From assembly GCF_001194135.2 (NCBI RefSeq), contig NC_068988.1, forward strand, positions 53,182,704 through 53,246,703: a stretch of DNA of 64,000 nucleotides. Reading direction: 5' to 3'. The stretch comes from Octopus bimaculoides (taxonomy: Eukaryota). A program made the translations under genes and the position numbers. How positions within the stretch are numbered: the first letter of the stretch is position 1; each line of letters starts with the position of its first letter. Shown piece after piece: positions 53,301 through 63,800 of this stretch. The notes beneath the pieces are model-generated. The model worked only from the letters and a program-made list of their open reading frames with translations, was not told the origin of the DNA and did not search any database.

Positions 53301-56300
53301 GATGTGGATTGGAGTGTTTGATGATCTGAAAAGACATGTACATCACTAAGTTATTTGCCACTGTCCATACACCAGGCACCCATTGCAGGAGATTGTATCC
53401 AGTCCATATGTTGCCAATGATATCACAAGTGGTGGACCGCATCCAAAACTGAAGATATTAACTGGGCCAAATGCATCTGGTAAAAGTGTATACCTGAAAC
53501 AGGTGAGAGATAGCTTATTAATTTCTGCTTGCATGCTGTTGTTTTTTTTTTTCTTTTCTTCTTGTTAAGAGGCGGATGGGAAGTTCCAATGACTTTTGGA
53601 GAACCTCCATGACTAGTAAGATTTATGTGGCTGATGTCTAACCTGAATATCTGCGAGTCAATGTCAGTAAGAAAACAACAAGTCAGGTGAATCAGGTGCT
53701 TGCAATAAAGTGAATTCTGCTAAAGGCACCCAGAGGCCAGGTGGGGATGTTAAACTGTGCATGGTTTGTGAGGCGTACCCCTGAATTTGGGTCTGTCATT
53801 TACTACAAGTGAAAACTGATATTTTTTCCCCCTTTGCATGTGCTTGTTAGAATTTTTAATTTTTGCCTGTTCCAAGCAAGGTACAAACTGTAATATTCAA
53901 AAATACTCTCTTTCTCTCTTATAAAATATGCCGAAATAAATTACTTCAATATGTATGAAATTTCCAAATTTCCGTGAATTTTCAAAGTAGAATTTGTCAA
54001 AATTCAAATTTCTGAACATGTCCCCATCTCAATTAGCTGGGACATGTTTTAATATATTATTTCAGACCAACATCACATTTTTGCATTTAATGATTTAAAC
54101 TTTGTTATGCCTTGAAAATAGAAAATAGAAAATTTTTATGACTCCAGTCCTGTTAAAATTTGCGAATTTTCATGATTTGCAAAAAAAAAAATTATATTTT
54201 TCCAGGCATACATTTTAATTAGGTGAGACAAATTTAATTTGTTATGTAGGTCCATCAGGCACATTTCAGATTTGACAGTTTAAAATTTTACTTTACTTGA
54301 TAATTCCAAATTCTGAAGATTGCAACCCTGTTGAAGTTTGCACAAGTTAATACATTGTCTAGCACCATTGTTCACTGTGTATATCGTCTTTTAATGTCCA
54401 TTTTTCATATTCCATGGACAGTTTAACGGAATCCAATCTGTCCAAGGACTGTGTTGTGATCCCGTTTCTGTTTTGGCATGGTTTCTACAGTTGAATGCCC
54501 TTCCTAATGTCAACCACTTTAGAGCATATACTTGGTGCCTTTTTTTGTTTGAACCACCTACACCATTGAGGTTACCATTCTACTTACCAGACAATTAATC
54601 CCTTTGAAAATACTAAATGCAATGCTACATATTTGATAGTATGTCATGTGGTGTTGTGTGTTCTTTGCATTATATCTTCGTTTATCTGAGCTGATGGAAG
54701 TCCAGATAATCTTTATTCAAGTAATCAGAGGTTATCAGTTATTGAAACAATATAAATGTCTCTATGTATCTGAAGAACCTTTAAGAGCTGTAATGTAAGT
54801 TTGGTTTTGTAGTATTAAGGAAATGGGATATAAAATATCACCTGGATAGATTCTCTGTCCTTCACAATTAACATTCCCAGGTGATATAGGATAATCTAGT
54901 AACTGATGCTGTCAACTAGATGAATTGAGGCAAATATAAATTTATTACAAGTAACAGTCTTAAATGAACTGCGAATGTTGTCATGATTAAACTGATCCAT
55001 GATAGCTAGGTGAATGGAAACAATGTAGAATGAAGTGATCTCTCTCTAACCGAAACAACAAAACTTCTGAACTGCAATTGAATTGAACTCATGGCCTATT
55101 AGCTGAGAGTCCAGTATTTTATCCCTTAGGACATTTGACACTGGCTGGTAACTTATATATTTGCCTCTGGCAAAAAATGTAATATTAACAGATCAGTTTG
55201 TTAGAGATTTTATTCTTTTGAAATTTAGTTTCATATGCAGAAGTTCACCGTTATTTACGATGTTTGCTTGCTTCTTAAACATGTCATATAAAGAATTTGT
55301 CATTGTCATTCTTGGTTATTATATTATAGGTAGCCCTCATTCTTTACATGTCCTACATTGGCAGCTTCATTCCTGCTGAAAGTCCCAGCACTGTTTGTAC
55401 TGTTGACAGGATCTTTACTCGTATTAAGTCTCAAGAAAGTGTCTCTGTTGGGTTGTCAACTTTCATGCTTGATATTAACCAGGTGAGTTGGTCATTTATT
55501 CTTTTAACTTTATAATTCTCTTATAATATAGAGAACTTGTAGTAAGGTGACTGCAGCAATAGAGATAATAGTGTTGGCAGTGGTGCAAGTAATGTTTTGC
55601 AACAAATTTGAAAAGGAATAAGTGGACTGTACTTGTTATTGTTGAGACCAAGCTTTGACCATCTCATTTTTTTTTTTACTAGATGAAGTACAATGCGAAC
55701 TTCAATTTCCAATATGTCCTTTCTCTTTGCTGGATCACAGGCTGTAATTTGTTGCTAATCCTAGCTCACAGGGCAGCTGGATAGAGGCTGCTTTAACTTT
55801 GATAGTGGTGAGTGATAATGGAATAGATAATGTTATAATCTTCAATGATTTAAGTTGAGAGAAGCAGATATAGTTTAGTACCATGAATATTGTGGAACTG
55901 TTCCTCCTCACATTGCCAGTAATTCTGATCTCTTTAGAAAATGCATCCCTCTTTCACTACTCCATTCCCCTCTCTTATAAAACAGCAAATGATTAAACCA
56001 GGCAGAAAACCATTATTTCTAATTGTCATTTAACCCCAGGTCAGCCCTGATTGAGCTGCTCAATGATCAGGATGGTTCTTCATTCAAGGCTGGACAGTAT
56101 GGGCATTCCCCATCCCATATATGATGATGTATGTAAAAAGGAGGCAGATTAGTAGAATTGTTGGAGCATTGGTTAGGGCTAGAATGCCTTGCAGTATTTA
56201 CTCAATTCCTGCCATGATTAACTTTACTTTCCATCCTTCCAGTGTTGAGAAATAAACTGCTCGTTAGATATTGCTGCCAGTCTATTCTCTCCCCCACCCC

Positions 56301-58605
56301 ACCAATCAGCTATGTTATGCTGTGTGATGGATTGTGGAGAACCATATGAGTATCATCATCCCTTTCACCAGAAATGAAGAAAAGGATTGAGTGTGGCACC
56401 ATCACTCTCTTCGCAAAGAGCAACTGCTATGCTTCTGGTCCCATCCAGCCAAATTCACCGATGTACAGTACAGCAAGGAACGAACTAAAGAAGTGCATCT
56501 AAGACTACATCTATCCAATGTCCATATGTCTATCCAATAATTACATCTATCCAATCAACCTTTTATATTTGTAAATGATAAGTTATAGTTTGAAGGAGAC
56601 TTGGCTGCTATTTCTAGCTACAGTGAGCACATAAAATCTTCCTCATTGACTCAGTTGTTTTTATAGTGGAAACATTTTCTGTCATTTTATCACTTCTTTT
56701 CATACTATTGACATTTTGTCTTGTCTCTTTTTCTTTTTTTCATCCCTATATTGGCACCACAAAGATGTCAGATTGTCTGAGACATGCAACAGGTCGATCT
56801 TTGGTCATTGTTGATGAATTTGGTAAAGGAACAGAATCGGTAAGTCTAACTTCATCTCTGCTAAATGTAGTGCAAAGTATGAAGTCTTTATAATATTAGT
56901 CATTCTAGCTAGCCTGAATATTAGTGAGTCATTTAATTAATTAGTTAGTTAATTGGTTGGTTAGTCGTTGTCGTTGTCATCATCATCATCATCATTGTCA
57001 TCATTGTTGTTGATTAACCTCAGGTCAGTACTGACCTAGCAGACCTATAATCAAAAGCATCCCTACCATGACCATCTCATCTTTCATTTTTACAATCTAT
57101 GGAGAAATAGGTAGATTTGCCCTGTTTGTATGTCTACTGTTTAAGTTACATTTATGGAAATTGTTACCGCTTTGTAGCAATGGTTCATTACTGTATGTCA
57201 GTGGGAGCACTGTAAAATTTACAAATGTTTTATTCGCTTACAGCATTGAGTACACATCCTTCCAAGGATCAGGACACATCATCAAGAAACTCATTCCAAT
57301 ATATTCTAGCTTTTCAAAGCAGCATGATGGCAGAATTGTTAGCATGCTATAGGCGCAGGAGTGGCTGCGTGGTAAGTAGCTTACTTACCAATCACATGGT
57401 TCCAGGTTCAGTCCTACTGCATGGCATCTTGGGCAAGTGTCTTCTACTATAGCCTCAGGCTGACCAAAGCCTTGTGAGTGGATTTGGTAGATGGAAACTG
57501 GAAGGAGCCCGTAGTGTATATATATATATACATGTGTGTGTGTATATGTTTGTGTGTCTGTGTCCCCCCCCCCCCNNNNNNNNNNNNNNNNNNNNNNNNN
57601 NNNNNNNNNNNNNNNNNNNNNNNNNAACATAACTTGACAACCGATGCTGGTAACTTAGTGTTTCGGCAAAAGAGACCGATAGAATAAGAACTAGGCTTAT
57701 ACAGAATAAGCTCTGGAGTCGATTTGCTTGACTAAAGGTGGTGCTCCTGCATGGCCGCAGTCAAATGACTGAAGCAAGTAAAAAGATTAAAAAAAAAGAT
57801 GCCAGGCAAAAAGCTTAGCAGATTTTCATCTGTCTTTGTATTCTGAGTTCAAATTTCAATGTGGTTGACTTTGCTTTTCATCCTTTTAGAGTCAATAAAA
57901 TAAGTACCAGTTGAGAACTGGAGTCAATGTAATCAACTTGCCCTGTCCCCAAATTTGCTGGCCTTGTGACATGAAATACAGTTGTTTCCACCAACAGGTT
58001 GATGGTTTGACATTGTTGTGTGCCAGTCTCCGTTACTGGCTCACCATGGAGAAATGCCCACATGTTTTGGTCAGTACCAACTTTCACGACATTATAGAAC
58101 AGAAACTGCTACCTGCTTCACCAACACTTGAATATCTGGTAAGGAATTCCTGTTTAATTTTAAATGTGAGTCATCAGTTTCGTTATAAAGAATATATAAC
58201 ATAGATGATTAAAATGTGAGATCATCAGAGATGAACTCTTGAAATGGGTGCTCATATTTTTTGTCATCTTTCATATGATCTTTATATCCATACCCAATAT
58301 TTTCTTAAAATGTAGACATTTTTAAAACTTTAAATTATTATTAACTTAAAACATTGGTTGAATAAGAATATATAAACTCCTGGCAAACTGAATCAATGAC
58401 TCAGTTTCACATATATACATAGATAAAGATAGTTATGGCCAGTCTATGGGGTTATCCCAGATTTTGCATCCATAAAACATTTAGCTTTTCAGCATCTCAC
58501 GAAACCCAAGGTAACCCCATAGACCAGCCATAACTATCTTTATCTAAATACTCTACTGCTCTATAACTTAGAGTCTGCTTCTCTTTTTGAGTTATGATAT
58601 ACTAA

Positions 58606-58645
<40 letters not shown>

Positions 58646-60863
58646 CACTGTTTCGTCTTCCTGTCATGTTTTCTGTTTGCCATTATTCCTCTGCATTACA
58701 AATTTAATTTGATTTAATTTAATTTGTTTCCGCGGGAAGAACTATTCTAACCATGTGTCCTGCCCTAATTCTTTGAAACGCTTAGTTTAGAATAGGGGCA
58801 GCTGATGAAGGAAATATTCTCTATGTGGCCTGTTTGTTTTCTGTGCTCTGTTATGTTCTGTTTTTCATTTTGTCCACGTTTTTTTTGTGACGTCCTGTAC
58901 CCAAATATGCATCTATATATACATGTAGATGTAGGTTTGTACATACATGTACATATATATGCATATACTCACATATTATTTGTATTATATATTTATATAT
59001 ATATATATATATAATCACACGCTAACATGCACACACATACACACACTGTTGCATCCTGGATGTTCTGCTTAATCAAGGGCTAAAGGGCCAAGAATACATG
59101 AATGTCTGCTCACAACTGCATAGACACCTAAAAACCATTAGTATAAGCATGGTATATTTTACCAAGTCATACTCACTCACACACTACACAGCTAGTTATA
59201 CTTGTATCTTGTTGTACTTGGAATATGCTTCTGTATTCAGAATGCTGTTAGATTCAAATATTTAAAATGACAACTTGACTTTCATTGTCATTGGACATTT
59301 CTGTTAACAGACAATGGAGACCTTGTGCAATAAAGACGAAGTTGTCTTCCTCTACCAAATCACCAAAGGTTTCTCTGACTGTAGCTTCGCCAATGAAACA
59401 GCATTGCAAGCTGGATTACCTGTGGAAATTGTGGAGCGTGGCAAAATGGTAAGTTCGTATATTTCTGTGATAATTGATCATAGGGTATTTATATTAGTGC
59501 TCAGATAATGATTACCTCACTTGCATGGTGGTATGCATTCACAGATATATTTAAATATGTGGATAGTTTGTCGTGATATCTGTTGTATTTTGGTACCCTG
59601 CCTCAAATGTATTTGTGATTGAATGAATGGGTTGTCATAGTCATCATTTCCACCACTGCCGTTGTCATTGTTGTTTTAACATCCACTTTCCCATGCCTGC
59701 ATGGATCAGATGGAGTTTATTGAGTCAGATTTTCTACAGCTGGTTGCCTTTCCTGTTACCAACCCTTACCTGTTTCCAAGTAAATTAATATTTTCCAATG
59801 GCCAGACATGTTTTCACAGAATATTGGAAATGAATGACACTGCTTGTATGGCAGTGACATTCATTTACAACTCATGCAGTGTCAAAGCAAGGCGACATTA
59901 GCACACACACACACACACAAACACACATTATGTGTATATGTGTGCATGTATATATACATGTGTATGTCATCATCATCATTTAATGTCTACTTTCCATGCT
60001 GGCATGGGTTGGACGGTTTGATTGAGGACTGGCAAGCCCAGAGGGTGTACCAGGCTCCAATCTGATCTTTCAAGGTTTCTACAGCTGGGTGCCCTTCCTA
60101 ACGCCAACCACTCCGAGAGTGCAGTGAGTGCTTTTTATGTGCCACTGGCATGGGCCAGTTGTGTGGCATTGGCATTGACCACGTTCGGATGGTACTTTTA
60201 TGTGTCACCAGCACAGGAGCCAGTCAGGTGGCACTGGTAACAACCATGCTCGGATGATGCTTTTTATGTGCCTATATATATATATATCTTTACATGTATA
60301 TATATGATGAACTTCTTTCAGTATATATCTACCAAATCCACTTAAAAGGTTTTAGGTGGCCTGACCAAGGTGCCATCCATTGGAACTGAACCTGATCATG
60401 TGATTGGCAGTAAACTTCTTAACCACACATCCACATCTATGCCTCAGTCATGCTTGTAAATATATATATATATATATATATAGTGCGTAGGAGTGGCTGT
60501 GTGGTAAGTAGCTTGCTAATGAACCACATGGTTCCAGGTTCAGTTCCACTGCGTGGAACCTTGGGCAAGTATCTTCTATAGCCCCAGGCCGACCAAAGCC
60601 GTGTGAGTGGATTTGGTAGACGGAAACTGAAAGAAGCTCATCGTATATATATGTATGTATGTGTGTCTGTGTTTGTCCCCCCAACATCGCTAGACAACCG
60701 ATGCTGGTGTGTTTACATCCCCATAACTTAGCGGTTCGGCAAAAGAGACCGATAGAATAAGTACTAGTACTAGGCTTACAAAGAATAAGTCCTGGAGTCG
60801 ATTTGCTCGAGTAAAGGCGGTGCTCCAGCATGGCCACAGTCAAATGACTGAAACAGGTAAAAG

Positions 60864-60895
<32 letters not shown>

Positions 60896-63800
60896 NNNNN
60901 NNNNNNNNNNNNNNNNNNNNNNNNNNNNNNNNNNNNNNNNNNNNNNNNNNNNNNNNNNNNNNNNNNNNNNNNNNNNNNNNNNNNNNNNNNNNNNNNNNNN
61001 NNNNNNNNNNNNNNNNNNNNNNNNNNNNNNNNNNNNNNNNNNNNNNNNNNNNNNNNNNNNNNNNNNNNNNNNNNNNNNNNNNNNNNNNNNNNNNNNNNNN
61101 NNNNNNNNNNNNNNNNNNNNNNNNNNNNNNNNNNNNNNNNNNNNNNNNNNNNNNNNNNNNNNNNNNNNNNNNNNNNNNNNNNNNNNNNNNNNNNNNNNNN
61201 NNNNNNNNNNNNNNNNNNNNNNNNNNNNNNNNNNNNNNNGTCAGTGCCCCTGGACTAGCTCTTGTGCGGGTGGCACATAAAATACACCATTTTGAGCATG
61301 GCCGTTGCCAGTACCGCCTGACTGGCCTTCGTGCTGGTGGCACGTAAAAGCACCCACTACACTCTCGGAGTGGTTGGCGTTTTAGGAAGGGCATCCAGCA
61401 GTAGAAACCATGCCAAATCAGATTGGAGCCTGGTGTAGCCATCTGGTTTCACCAGTCCTCAGTCAAATCGTCCAACCCATGCTAGCATGGAAAGCGGACG
61501 TTAAACGATGAAGATGATGATGATAATGGTATAAGGAAATAGAATTGTTTAAATAATAATTTATTTTGGAATGTCATCCATGAGAAAAATAATAGCTAAG
61601 TTGGTATCAATATACATAATGCAGGGAATATTTAAAAGACTTTATTCTGTCATCATTTTTGGTAAATTAAGCTCAATAAAATCCCATGACATCTTAGAGG
61701 ACTTAATCTTTCATATTTACTTCACCTTTCTCAAGATTTCCAAGTTAATTCAAGAGAACAAACCAATATATAACATTGATACTGCAAAGCAAGACTTAAA
61801 GTTTAAATGGTATGTTTCAAAAACTTATTTTTATCATTTATAGCTGTGGTTCTCAACCATTTTTTGTCTGTGGGTACCATGGATTGATATTCTACTTTAC
61901 TGGACCTCCATAGCCATTTATGGCACCTGTGCCCAGTGTTGCCTTTCTGGCACTTGTGCCCGCGGCATGTGTAAGGACTTTTGAGTGAGATCGTTGCCAG
62001 TGCCCCTGGACTGGCCCTTGTGCAGGTGGCACGTAAGATACACCATTTCGAGCATGGCCGTTGCTAGTTCCTCCTGATTGGCCTTCGTGCCGGTGGCACA
62101 TAAAAGCACCCACTACACTCTCGGAGTGGTTGGCGTTAGGAAGGGCATCTAGCTGTAGAAACTCTGCCAGATCAGATTGGAGTCTGGTGCAGCCTTCTGG
62201 CTTGCCAGTCCTCAGTCAAATCGTCCAGCCCATGCCAGCATGGAAAGCGGACGTTAAACGATGATGATGATGATGATGATTAAAGAATTTAAAACATATT
62301 GTGTATTGTAGAAATATAAGTAATTTATTACACATAAATTTTAACAACAAAATCTTTTATAGGGACCCCGGTTGAAGACCGCTGACTTATAGCTTGAATA
62401 AGGTGGTAAGCTGGCAGAATCATTAGCATGCTGGACAAAGCACTTAGCTGCATTTCTTCCAGATTTTCAGCTTTATATTCTAAGTTCAAGTTCCACCAAT
62501 GTTGACTTTGCCTTTTATTCTTTCAGGGTCAAAAAAAAACAAGTGCCAGTTGAGCACAGGAGTCAGTGTCATCAACTTACCCCATCCCCTCAAAATTGCT
62601 GGCCCTGTGCCAAAGTTAGAAATAATTATTTATTGTCTCAATGGTGATGAATTGGCAGAATTTTTAGAGAAAATGCTGCGTGTTATTTCTTTCAGTCCTT
62701 TATGTTCTGAGTTCAAATTCTGGTGAAATTTGTCAATTTTCCTGATTTTTCATTAGAATACTCTTTTTACTCTTTTACTTGTTTCAGTCATTTGAATATG
62801 ACCATGCTGGAGCACCACCTTTAGTCGAGCAAATCGACCCCAGAACTTTTTCTTTGGAAGCCTAGTACTTATTCTATCGGTCTCTTTTACCGAACCGCTA
62901 AGTTACGGAGATGTAAACACACCAGCATTGGTTGTCAAGCGATGTTGGGGGGGAAAAAGCAGACATGCAAACATATACACATACATACAAACATATATAC
63001 ATATATACGACGGGCTTCTTTCAGTTTCCATCTACCATATCCACTCACAAGGCTTTGGTTGGCCCGAGGCTATAGTAGAAGACACTTGCCCAAGGTGCCA
63101 CGCAGTGGGACTGAACCCAGAGACATGTGGTTGGTAAGCAAGCTACTTACCACACAGCCATTCCTACGCCTATGAATGTAACCTATCAATCGTAGTTTCT
63201 TCTCACATAGGTCATGGAAACCCTGCATAAGGGGTCATGAGTATTGTTATTATTTAACATAATACTTCACGCACAAGCAGCATATAATCTACCCTTCACT
63301 CTGAGAGAGAATCCCTTTACTGGAAGAATTAATAGCTCTTTGAACTTTTCAACCTGTTCTAACTGTGACTGCTGTCATATAGCCATCTTATGTGTATTAT
63401 ACTTAATGAAAACACATCGTTAATAGGCAAATTTGCTATAGTATTTATCCAGAGATAACATCTCTTATAGACATGTTGCCTTTAAAGACACAATATACAG
63501 AGGAGATGGACAAAAATTGTCCTAGCAGCATCTAGTAAGAGTGTCAGATACATTTCAGCATCACTGGGCTTTGTCAGTGGTATGTACTCATAGCCAGTCA
63601 CATGCTTAGATGAAATTTGTTGCCTCTGGTGTATAGGTAAGCAGTGAAAAACATTCACTGACATTGAAAATAACTGCCCCACTAAATAAAAATCTGTTAT
63701 ATGCAACAAAAGCATTATTAAATTAAAATAGCCATCTTTATACTCAGTATATGTCCATAAGAGATGTTATGTCTTGACAAATACCACAGACAATTTGCCT

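Noticed and set aside
58730-58830. Second hammerhead-like site (gaaacg at 58775, ctgatgaag at 58802, local 13-bp stem)
   Set aside because: The motifs could not be arranged into a valid type I, II or III fold (no G10.1-C11.1 stem II, no stem I); possibly a decayed Penelope-like fragment
63211-63240. Exon-like cacatag|VMETLHKGS as the penultimate MSH5 exon
   Set aside because: Immediate TGA stop; 61736-61809 has the right length, phase and similarity
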